From a virus (Duplodnaviria; Caudoviricetes): a stretch of DNA of 57,306 nt. Made by a program: the position numbers and the translations under genes. Location of the stretch: positions 1 to 57,306 of IMG/VR virus record IMGVR_UViG_3300046534_001237; one strand, written 5' to 3'. The notes below the pieces were generated by a model. That model was given only the letters and a program-made list of their open reading frames with translations, was not told the DNA's origin and did not search any database. Below are positions 14,929-24,400 of the stretch, in pieces (position 1 is the stretch's first letter; every line of letters starts with the position of its first letter).

Positions 14929-17900
14929 TAGGTTGCATCAACAGTTACTGCGGTCCGATTACCGTTTTCGTCAACCGTGGCAACAATTCTGTTTTTACTG
15001 TCGGCTTGATCACGTATAGCCACAGACGTTCCTTCGGCGCCAGAAAGCTTGCCTGCCGCTGCCGCTAGAAGTAAACGCATTACTTCTTGGTGATCCATGC
15101 CATTTTCGATACCGCTCAGCATATCAATCTCTGCCGCCCTGGTCGGTGTATAGCCTTGAGCGGTTAACGCCGATTGAACAGTCGCTTGGTTGACTGCTGT
15201 GCCAGTATTAACTTCTGTTACATAAACGGGATTTCGCCAATTTACCTCAAGTCCATTGCCGCCAGTTGTTGGATCAATTGCGGGGCGCTCACCATTATCA
15301 CTATAAAATCTATGGTTATCTGTGTTCTTAACAAAGCCATTTGTCTCATCCAATTTAACTGTCAGTATTGAAGCATTAGTTTTAGTGTTGCCAGCGTCCA
15401 CCCCTGTAATTGCGCCCCAAAATTTATACATTCCTTCTGATGTAGTTAATAAATATGAAAAATATGGGTGAATACTTGCTGCTAGATAGTCAGTATTAGT
15501 GTCAAGAACAATATAGTTTAAGGAATAATTTGGAGAGAATACAGAATCATAGTCTGATCCATCTAATCCTTTATCTACATAAACATCGTCTAATATCATT
15601 TCAACAGTTGCAGAAATACCAGAAGAAAGCGCCGTACCGATTGCTCGACCTATATTGAAAGTAGTGCCTTCATCCATCTCAGCAAACTTTATTTCGTAAG
15701 CGTCACCTGTTGCAAACTCTTCTCCATTAATATACGAAGCGGAATAACCAGTGCCTGCTGGATCACTGTCAAAGAATAATACTCCGTAGGTAGTCCAAAC
15801 AACATTACCCGCGCCAGTGCCATTGGTATCAGCCGATGTATTTCCAACAGTTGTATCCCATGTAGGCTCTGTATTATTCGACGTTCCGCCCGTTGTGGCC
15901 CTCATGTATAGGCCAGCGACTCCCTCAGTCCCAATACCAGACGTTCGCAATACCATCGACCCAGTTGCATAAGTATTGCTTGCTTGCCATGCTGAAGCTG
16001 TTAGGGATGTCACGTTAAGTATCTGTAGTCGATCGTTAGCCTGTGCGCCTGCATCAACTAAACCTGTGACAGTTATATTCGAGGTTACTATTGGCGTGTA
16101 GTATGTGCCATCATCAGCCTGAAATGTTGTGAAATCAGGGTGATCTACGCTTGAACGGCTGACATAAAAACCAACCAGAGCAGGTGTCGAGCCTTCTCTA
16201 TATCCGCGCTCAGTTTCTTGGCCTGTAGCATTGTAAATAACCATATCAGGCATTTCAAAATAACGTAAAAGAGTGCCGCCAGGTATCAAAGCATTTGGAT
16301 CATTAGCAGCATCATAATTAAGCTGATCTGCTATGTCAGAACCGGAGTTAGTCCCACCGTCGATTATTTCGTAAGCAAAGGCTTTACCGCCATAGGTATC
16401 ACCAGCCACCATGGTTATTTGGGCACTGATGCCTGGGTCTGTTCCAGAATAGCTATGTGGCGCATTGGCTAGACTAACTGCGTAAGCATAAGATTCTATT
16501 TCAGATATGCCCTGACTGACTAAAACATCAACTCTTGATTGTTTGCTACCAGCCAAAAATGATTTGATAAGCATGTAGTCATTATAATTATACTCGTCGG
16601 TATCAGAAGCATCTCCATCGTGATTGTCATCTCGATAATACTGAAAAGCCTCGTCAACGACATTATTAGTCAATGTCAAAGCAGTTGACGCACCTGAATC
16701 TATTTGCCGAAAATGTGTGGTCGAGCCTGTAATATCACCGCCTGATTTTACAAAGCACCATTTTTCAGTTGGGTTGACCGCATCGGCGGCATTGTAGACT
16801 TGAGACCCAGCGCCTTTCCAATATTGCATATCATCAACCGTCATGCCTGCGGTTAAGTCAAATCGAGTCGGGCCTATGGCTGTCATCAATAGCTTAGTAT
16901 TAAAGTAAGCGCTATCTAACCTAAATTCATCTGATTTTGACGAGTAAACATTTCGAGCCTGTTGGTCGGAGTTGAATGTTAAAACTTTTGTGCCTCGGTT
17001 ATAACTGTATTCACTATCGATGTTTAATGCATGACCAGAATTATATGCCTCGTCAAGATCAAGCTCAATGTCAAAAGGGCCATTAACAGGCGTAACATTT
17101 TGGCGGTTGACTAGAACATAACCTTGCTTCAAAACCTCAATGTCAATAACGTCAGTGTTGGTGTAGTCATATTCTAAAGTCGTCGCAGTAGCACTATCTA
17201 CTACATCTTGGCTATCACCTGCACCCACAAAGCGCCGTATCAAAGCGCTCAGGTCAGCGTTGATTGAAAAGGTGTTAGAAGGTGCAGATATTGTTAGTGT
17301 GCCTGCTGTAGCCTGTGATCGTGGCTGAGTAAAACCTGAACCAAAATCAACTACAATTTCAAGTGTGCCTGTACCTGTATACTGTATGTCATAGCTGTCC
17401 TCGCCACCGGAAGTTTTCATCCCTGTAGCAGTCCATGACTCTCCCCCATGATTACCCGTGATTCTTATTGAAAGCGCAGAGTTTTTAGTAAACGTGACAT
17501 TATGTAGAGCGTTAAATTCGTCCTCTGTCGTAACAGTTACAGCTTGCGCTTCAATGCAAGTTGATATTGTTAATGCGCCTAGAGAATTACCAGAAACAAA
17601 ACCATTTAAAATAATTTCATCGCACCCAGAAAAACTAGCTCCAGCGTATATTTCTGAGCCGATGCCTTGCAAAGTTACTTTAGAATTTAAGCAAACAAAA
17701 TTACCAAAATTGTAAGCAGCGCTAACGTTAGTATCTGGGTCAACAATAAATTTATGCCTATTGTTAAAATCAACTACTATTCCTCCCATATCAAAATCAC
17801 AAAAAGCGCTTGCTTTTAACCTTAGCTGGTTCTTTCCTTCGGGTATATTATGTACTACAAATAATGCTGATTCATCGTAAGCTTTTGTAAAAGAAAGACT

Positions 17901-19346
17901 TTGGTTGGTTGCTTTAAAAATAGTTTTATCAGTGCCATTACCAATCAAGATTGATCCCGCTGTTAAATATTGGCCAGACACATAGCCTCTTTGATTTTGT
18001 GCAAATCCACAAGCTCCAGTATCTGAGACAGGTATTAAAACACCGAAGTTAGCAGGTCTTAGTGCCGAACCACCTATAATCGGGATGCAAGCGTTAGAGT
18101 CGGTTTTTACTTTAAAAATAGGCCCACATTCAAAAGTGTGCGTATTTAGCGCCGCAGTAGCACCCAATATGATTCCGTTTATTGCAGTAAAATCAATTGT
18201 ACCTTTTTCATAGTAAGATGTTGTGCTCGTGTCTATCGCAACATGAAAAGGGCCACCACTTGGCGAAACTACTGTATCTGAAGCAGCTATCTTCCATATC
18301 GCTAAGTTAGTTCCGTCAGATAGCCCAATAAACATCCCACTCACATCGTAAGTCACACCGTAAGTCGGGCCGGATAAAGAAGCACAAGTCATGTTTAGTA
18401 TAGTATTTGTTAAGTTTACGGCAGTTGTTAAACCTGTCTCACTGACATAAAATCTCCCTCTATCACTAGAGGAAGACATCACTAAACCTAGTGATGACGT
18501 TTGTAAAGCCTTGCCGTTGCCTATGCTGGCTCTTATTTCTATTTCTTCATAATTCGGTGTTAAACCGTCAATAGTATCAGAACCAAATTTCGAAATTGGA
18601 TTTGATACACCTGATGTCAAAAAAGAAGATGAAGATTTTGAACACATGGGATGTACAAGCTCAAAAATTGTTGTACTAGGGTCAACGCAAGGTTCCGCAG
18701 TAGTGCCTGAGTCTGCAATTGCAATAGAGCAGAATGTTATTTGTGTCTGCGAAGCACCGCAATAAGCAGTATGACTTGGAGTAGTTGATGAAGCTGTGAC
18801 TTGCGTAAATGAAGCACAAGTCAATGCCAGCACATCACCATCAACGTGTAAATCTTTTTGTGAAATTGGAGGCGAGAATTGTACCATTGAAGTGTCGTTT
18901 TCAGACGCAATAAAATGGATGACTAACGCACTGTCACTTCCTGTTGTGTCCATTGAAGGGGTTAAAAAGTCTGTGCTATTAGTCGTTTCTTCACCAGAAA
19001 TGGAGTCTACAATTTCAGCACCAGCACCAGGAACACCGCGCACAATAACTACCAGTGCCGCCATTTCGTTAGCTGTGCCATCGGTCACAATTGTAGGCAT
19101 ACTCTCTGAAGATGATGCTGCTCGTTTAGTAAAAAGAGCGCAACTACAAAGGGCGCCAGGGGCAAAAGTAGTCGGTACAAACTCTTGTCGATTCCAACCT
19201 GCTGCGCTTAATGTATGTCCTGTTGTGTTTATAACACCAAAAACACAAATAAAATCGTCCGCTTGATGAGGGACAGAGGAAGGGATTATTTGGACTTCTG
19301 TATTTCCACCTGTATCAGATCCTTTAGATGCTGTTATTCTAGGCAT
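14928..19346 (-). CDS. Large beta-rich virion structural/adhesion protein (1472 aa)
   Basis: T/S/G/D-rich; contains an AWQASNTYATG...TEPTW...VVWT carbohydrate-binding-like module; ends in RDQADSKNRIVATVDENGNRTAVT. Confidence 0.65.
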   Translation of the reverse strand: MPRITASKGSDTGGNTEVQIIPSSVPHQADDFICVFGVINTTGHTLSAAGWNRQEFVPTTFAPGALCSCALFTKRAASSSESMPTIVTDGTANEMAALVVIVRGVPGAGAEIVDSISGEETTNSTDFLTPSMDTTGSDSALVIHFIASENDTSMVQFSPPISQKDLHVDGDVLALTCASFTQVTASSTTPSHTAYCGASQTQITFCSIAIADSGTTAEPCVDPSTTIFELVHPMCSKSSSSFLTSGVSNPISKFGSDTIDGLTPNYEEIEIRASIGNGKALQTSSLGLVMSSSSDRGRFYVSETGLTTAVNLTNTILNMTCASLSGPTYGVTYDVSGMFIGLSDGTNLAIWKIAASDTVVSPSGGPFHVAIDTSTTSYYEKGTIDFTAINGIILGATAALNTHTFECGPIFKVKTDSNACIPIIGGSALRPANFGVLIPVSDTGACGFAQNQRGYVSGQYLTAGSILIGNGTDKTIFKATNQSLSFTKAYDESALFVVHNIPEGKNQLRLKASAFCDFDMGGIVVDFNNRHKFIVDPDTNVSAAYNFGNFVCLNSKVTLQGIGSEIYAGASFSGCDEIILNGFVSGNSLGALTISTCIEAQAVTVTTEDEFNALHNVTFTKNSALSIRITGNHGGESWTATGMKTSGGEDSYDIQYTGTGTLEIVVDFGSGFTQPRSQATAGTLTISAPSNTFSINADLSALIRRFVGAGDSQDVVDSATATTLEYDYTNTDVIDIEVLKQGYVLVNRQNVTPVNGPFDIELDLDEAYNSGHALNIDSEYSYNRGTKVLTFNSDQQARNVYSSKSDEFRLDSAYFNTKLLMTAIGPTRFDLTAGMTVDDMQYWKGAGSQVYNAADAVNPTEKWCFVKSGGDITGSTTHFRQIDSGASTALTLTNNVVDEAFQYYRDDNHDGDASDTDEYNYNDYMLIKSFLAGSKQSRVDVLVSQGISEIESYAYAVSLANAPHSYSGTDPGISAQITMVAGDTYGGKAFAYEIIDGGTNSGSDIADQLNYDAANDPNALIPGGTLLRYFEMPDMVIYNATGQETERGYREGSTPALVGFYVSRSSVDHPDFTTFQADDGTYYTPIVTSNITVTGLVDAGAQANDRLQILNVTSLTASAWQASNTYATGSMVLRTSGIGTEGVAGLYMRATTGGTSNNTEPTWDTTVGNTSADTNGTGAGNVVWTTYGVLFFDSDPAGTGYSASYINGEEFATGDAYEIKFAEMDEGTTFNIGRAIGTALSSGISATVEMILDDVYVDKGLDGSDYDSVFSPNYSLNYIVLDTNTDYLAASIHPYFSYLLTTSEGMYKFWGAITGVDAGNTKTNASILTVKLDETNGFVKNTDNHRFYSDNGERPAIDPTTGGNGLEVNWRNPVYVTEVNTGTAVNQATVQSALTAQGYTPTRAAEIDMLSGIENGMDHQEVMRLLLAAAAGKLSGAEGTSVAIRDQADSKNRIVATVDENGNRTAVTVDAT

Positions 19347-19465
19347 TATCTAATCTTTATCCTTTCTGGGGCTTGCCCTGCGTTCAGTGTGTTTGATATC
19401 CCACCAGAATTTTGCTAATTGCAATACAGTAGTTTTTATACAAGTTACTCTGGGGTTTGTCATTA

Positions 19466-19924
19466 CTATTTCTTCCTGTTATGTTCTTTAGCAACAGCTT
19501 CTAACTTAGCCCTAAGCTCCGCGTCTTCAGGCTTTCGAGGTGTCATCAGAGTTGCGTCAGGATTAAAGCCTACTTTGCCCTCAGCATCGGTAACTGGTGG
19601 TCTCATCTTCAACACAGACTCTAGCCAAGTAATCTTTTTACTTCGTGCATAAGACTTTAGGCAGATGTACAAAGCAGGGTTACAAATACCGGTCAGCACT
19701 GCCCACTTCTCAGCGTCTGGTGAGTCTAGTAGGTAAAGGCCAATGCTATAGCCAATGCCGAATGCCATAATCTGAGTAAATTTCTGGCGTAGGAATTTAT
19801 GCTTAGGAGGTAGTATCGTCTTGAGAATGTCTTTAAGGAACTGGACTATAATCAGGGAAGCTAGCAAAGCTGGAACTAGCCATACGCCTCCTGAAGCTAT
19901 CATTTGATTTATGTACTCAAGCAT
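19466..19924 (-). CDS. Membrane protein in the lysis cassette
   Basis: Two to three hydrophobic segments and a basic C-terminus. Confidence 0.65.
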   Translation of the reverse strand: MLEYINQMIASGGVWLVPALLASLIIVQFLKDILKTILPPKHKFLRQKFTQIMAFGIGYSIGLYLLDSPDAEKWAVLTGICNPALYICLKSYARSKKITWLESVLKMRPPVTDAEGKVGFNPDATLMTPRKPEDAELRAKLEAVAKEHNRKK

Positions 19925-19926
19925 TG

Positions 19927-20121
19927 CTACAACCCTCTATCTTTTTTTAAAAACTGCAATGTCTTGTGCTTATAATACCAAGTGATACCTCTACCTATGA
20001 TTGCTACTATTACTGAAAGTACAGCCACCCATTCGGGTAGCGTTAAACTAGCCAGCAAGGCAAACAACGACGCGATATAACTTACTAGACTTGCTACTTC
20101 TGACATTGATTCCTCACTCAC
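19927..20121 (-). CDS. Small holin-like protein
   Basis: SLTLPEWVAVLSVIVAIIGRGITWYYKHK resembles small HP1-type holins. Confidence 0.65.
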   Translation of the reverse strand: MSEESMSEVASLVSYIASLFALLASLTLPEWVAVLSVIVAIIGRGITWYYKHKTLQFLKKDRGL

Positions 20122-20546
20122 GACTTATTCTTACCTAGTGTCTTTGTTACCTTCTCTATACCACGGCTACCAAAGTAAGCAATTGTCATTGTAACTAACA
20201 AGGCTTCATAAACTGGTATATAAACTGGATTGATAACGAAGCCTCCCATATTCCCGTCAGCAAAAGTAATCAGAAAGAAGGCAAATAAAACCGCCGCATA
20301 AGCTATTGGCCTGACTAACCTAGTAACGCCATGCTCATTGTCGGACTTCCACCTGGCAGTTATCTCAGCATCATATTTAGACTGAGCGTCCATTACCTGC
20401 GTCTTAAACTTATTCATTTCAGCTTGCATAAGATTCTTAGCAATTGCTCTTTCTTCATCACTTGTAAATAATGAATCAAGACCACTAGCTACAGAATCAA
20501 CAACAGTAGCAGCACCCTTAGAAAATATTTTTCCAAACCAGTTCAT
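20118..20546 (-). CDS. 3TM (GTA-type) holin family protein
   Basis: LDSLFTSDEER...RWKSD...RLVRP...AYFGSRGIEK; GGAGG RBS. Confidence 0.82.
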   Translation of the reverse strand: MNWFGKIFSKGAATVVDSVASGLDSLFTSDEERAIAKNLMQAEMNKFKTQVMDAQSKYDAEITARWKSDNEHGVTRLVRPIAYAAVLFAFFLITFADGNMGGFVINPVYIPVYEALLVTMTIAYFGSRGIEKVTKTLGKNKS

Positions 20547-20570
20547 TAGTAGACCTCCCATAGTTTCATA

Positions 20571-20981
20571 TTAATCCTCGTCTAATTGAATATGCGGCAT
20601 ATCCCACCCATAAAATTGATGCGATTTTGATTTCCAAAGGCCGCCCCATGTGATCTTGATACCTTCCTCGCTTGCTGCCTGTAAGAATGCACAAGCAACC
20701 ATTGCTAAATGATCCCGTTCCCATGATGCTTTACCGTCAATAAAGGCGTAAAAATCAAGTGCTTTACCCGTCTGATGATAGCTTTTTTTGATATAACCAT
20801 CGCACTGTGACTTTTCATCTCGGAATAATTCGTTTTGACGCGAAGCAAGTCGCAACCCTGAGTCTCGACCATGACCAAAATCTATCAAGGTTATTTCAAT
20901 AGCTCGGTTACTAACTATAATCAAAGGCTCATCAACACCAGCGCGATTTTTCTTTGATGATTCCGAAAGTGCATAACTCAT
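20571..20981 (-). CDS. Endolysin, M15 (L-Ala-D-Glu peptidase, T5-like)
   Basis: GLR..RQNELF, SYHQTGKALD, ITWGGLW and DMPHIQL zinc-peptidase motifs. Confidence 0.9.
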   Translation of the reverse strand: MSYALSESSKKNRAGVDEPLIIVSNRAIEITLIDFGHGRDSGLRLASRQNELFRDEKSQCDGYIKKSYHQTGKALDFYAFIDGKASWERDHLAMVACAFLQAASEEGIKITWGGLWKSKSHQFYGWDMPHIQLDED

Positions 20982-20994
20982 ATTAATCTCCAAT

Positions 20995-21414
20995 TCAATT
21001 TAAAGTCGGTTTAACTACAGTGGCATTAGCTATCGTCTTTACTAAATAGCCCTTATCATCTCTAACATGGGTGAATTCCCAGTTTAATACCGGTCCTGGC
21101 GCTTGTGTTTGTGCGCTGATAATAGCCGATTTTAGCTCATCAAGCATCATTACGTTCGCTCTCGAAGATTCACTCACGCTTTTTGATAGAGACATAATGG
21201 CTTTACTATTAAGATCTGGCGCAGCAGGTAAGGGCATTGGTTCCTTTTTTATTGGTGCGGGTACCGGTTCGGGCATAGGCGCTGGTTCAGGTATTGGCCT
21301 CATCTGGACTTTCTTTTTACTTGAGTTAAATACCTTGCCGCTTTTATTCGATATTTTAGAACCTGATTTTAAAGCCAGGTTATTCAGGTCAGATATGCTT
21401 TTAACTTTTCTCAT
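20995..21414 (-). CDS. Hypothetical Pro-rich protein
   Basis: TAATG-coupled to the 1924-aa gene; PEPAPMPEPVPAP linker. Confidence 0.7.
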   Translation of the reverse strand: MRKVKSISDLNNLALKSGSKISNKSGKVFNSSKKKVQMRPIPEPAPMPEPVPAPIKKEPMPLPAAPDLNSKAIMSLSKSVSESSRANVMMLDELKSAIISAQTQAPGPVLNWEFTHVRDDKGYLVKTIANATVVKPTLN

Positions 21415-24400
21415 TAGATACAATCCCGAAGCTTCTCTAAAACGCTTATACGATTATCAATATCAGTCATTGTTTCGGCAGCGTCCGAGGTCACTGTATA
21501 GATTTCTCCAGTTTCCTCAACTTCAACTTCATAGCTGATATCTTTCCCGCGCATCGATAGGTATGGATCGGCATCCTCCATACGAAACATTGTCTCGCCT
21601 TTGTCAATTACCAGCATTCGAGTATTTACACCGGTGCTAACTGGCAAGCTCGGATCGTTAAAAGTGCCTTCGTCTAGCTTTTCATCGGTACCACCAACAC
21701 TATCAACCCAATCACGAAAGGCTTTGGCTTTTTTATCATTACCAAAGAAAACGCCTTCACCAGCAATCGACACCAATCGACCACCAGGCTTTAACAAATC
21801 ATAAGCATGTTTAATGTGCTCGGAGTCGCGTCGATCCGAGAAAGGAGGATTCATTATTATTCGATCGTAAAGCTTTCCGTCTTCGCTATTGAACTCCATG
21901 AAATCACGACCAACAACATTAAAGCCTTTTGCTTCAAGTAGCTCCACACGCTTGTTTGACATTTCGATAACATCAGGCTCAACACCAGAGCTTCTAATTT
22001 GTTCAGCGATATGACCCATACCTGCAGAGGGTTCTAATACTGTCATGCCTTCCTGGATATCTGCGGCCTCGATCATTTCATCAGCAATAAAAGCAGGAGT
22101 AGGAAAGAAATCTAGTCCGTCTTTTTGGCGACCAACCATTGACCGCTCCATTTCCTTTATTTTATCTGGCGCATTTTGCTGTTTACGAAGTCCGACATAT
22201 TCCTGCAATGCTGATCTAAACTCTGCTGCGGTTTCAATATTCATTGAGCGCAGTCGTTTACGCTTATCGTTTGAGTTTTCTAATTGCCATGGGACCCGGA
22301 TTTGCTTGCGGTTTACTTTGGCAATAATCTCTTGTGCAAAATCCTGGTTAATTGATACGCGAGTATCTGTGCCACCAGTCCAAACACCTCGCCGCTGGGC
22401 CTCAGAAGGGCTCATAACAACTTGGTGTTTGCCGTTCTTAACCTTTAATGAAATAGCTTGGCCACCAAAACCAGAGGTTTGAATTGTTATGTCAGCTTCT
22501 TTTTTCGTTTTAAATACTGCGTCAGTTGCATCCTTTTTATAAAAAACTGATACTTTATTTATATTCTCTTTGGCAAACATTTCGTATTGCTTGCTGGAGT
22601 CATCAGCTATTTTTAATAAGCGATTGCCTAATAGTTTAGTTCCTGAAAGTTGCTGCAGTTCTCGGCCTAGCCGGGCAAGATCTGAACGCCAAACTCGATA
22701 AGTTGGGAATTCAATATACTCGACCGTCTCGCTAGTGGCTGGCTGCTGCCTCATATTTTCTTGCTTTTTATAATCACCATCATGAATAGCAATTGCCTCT
22801 GAAGATTTGCCAACATGAACAAATGTATCGAGCATATCAATCTGAGTTTTAGTTCGAACCTGATCTAAGAATTGAATATCACCATTCTCAATACCGTTTG
22901 CAATATTGTTCATAGTTTCGGCCATTGCTATTTCGCCCTCGGCCTTATCTATGGCGCTAGCCGCTTGACCAGCTCTCTTGCTTGTATTGGTCTTCCTATC
23001 TGAGTTTAGCGCCGTGTTGCCCCTGTCATCTAACTTACCAGCCATATCTAGCAATCTTTCTACAGAAGACTGAGAACGATCATCTTTAAACGAGTCAACA
23101 CGATCCTGAGCTACCTCAGTTGCTTGTGATGTATCACCAGCGGCCAGTTTAATAAAAGCCTCAGCCTGTTCTTTTTCAGTAAAAGTAAATCCAGGTGTAG
23201 CACCATTGCCCCGGTACGATGAATAATAACCGCCAATTTTTTTAGAAGAGTTTTTAAGCGTTAGGAAATCTTCTTTGTCGACCCGCTCGGCTAGCTGAAC
23301 AACAAATAAGTCATAGCCTTTTTTGGTATGAGTTGTTTCAATAATCTCACCCTCAACCATTTGAGATCCACTATTTACCCTAGTGCGCTGCTCGTCTTTT
23401 GTGAACACCCGTTTGCTGCGAGACTCTTTGGCAACCAAATTATCAAATTTTAATCGCTGGTCTAACGGCATCAATGCTCTAGCTTCAGAAAAAGTTTTTA
23501 CACCAGCATCATCGCCCAATTTATTTAGTATGTTTTTGTAATCCTGAATTGTTTCAGGGTTTTTCATTCCTTTGGATGATTCGTCTAGCTTAGCTTTATA
23601 ATCAACTTTGCTTTTGGCTACCTTTTCGGCATATCCGTCTATCATTTCCTGAGTGATAGCCATTATTCGATCTAGCTCTTTTTGCTGGCGTTCATCTTTA
23701 TTAAAACTATAGCTCGTTATTATAAACCCGGTATCGGTAGCGGTCGGTCTAAGAAAGTCATTCTTCAGGTCGTCATAAGCTGCATCAACGACTCGGGCTT
23801 TTTTATCCTGTTCGTATCGACCAACGTTGTATTTAGCAATTAACTGGGGTTTAGTTAGTTTGCTAAGACCTTCTTTAATTGACTGCTCGTTATCAATAAG
23901 CATCTTGTAAGAGCTTTGTAATTCGTCAACCTTCAATCCACCGTCTGATATTTTATCTATAGTAGCGTCAATAGGACCCATGATAGGGTCTTCGTAAACA
24001 GGCTTTTCATCTTCAGGTGTTTTCTTTACTGCTTCCGGCTTCAACTCTGATTGTTTATTGGCTCGCTCTGAGCCCGTACCTGGTGGAGCTTTTACTGGCT
24101 CAGCTTCTTGCCCAGCCTTGGGACCAAAGGTTTCCTCGGTCTTTGTTTTTAGCTGTGCTTTTTTAATTGGCGTAGCGTAATTATCTTCTACCTCGTTACC
24201 GTCCCGGTCGGTGAATACATTTTCTTCTTCAGTCGCTACTACCTGCTCGCCATTACTGGTTTCATGCGTTGGTATAAAGTCTAGCTCAGGCAATGAATTA
24301 GTAGGGCTAGTCGCTGCTTCGTTGCTAGCTTGAGTGATTGCCTCGCTTGTAGCTGTAATCGCACCACCAGCTTCAGTGTGCTTCAGTTTTAAATCTGACA

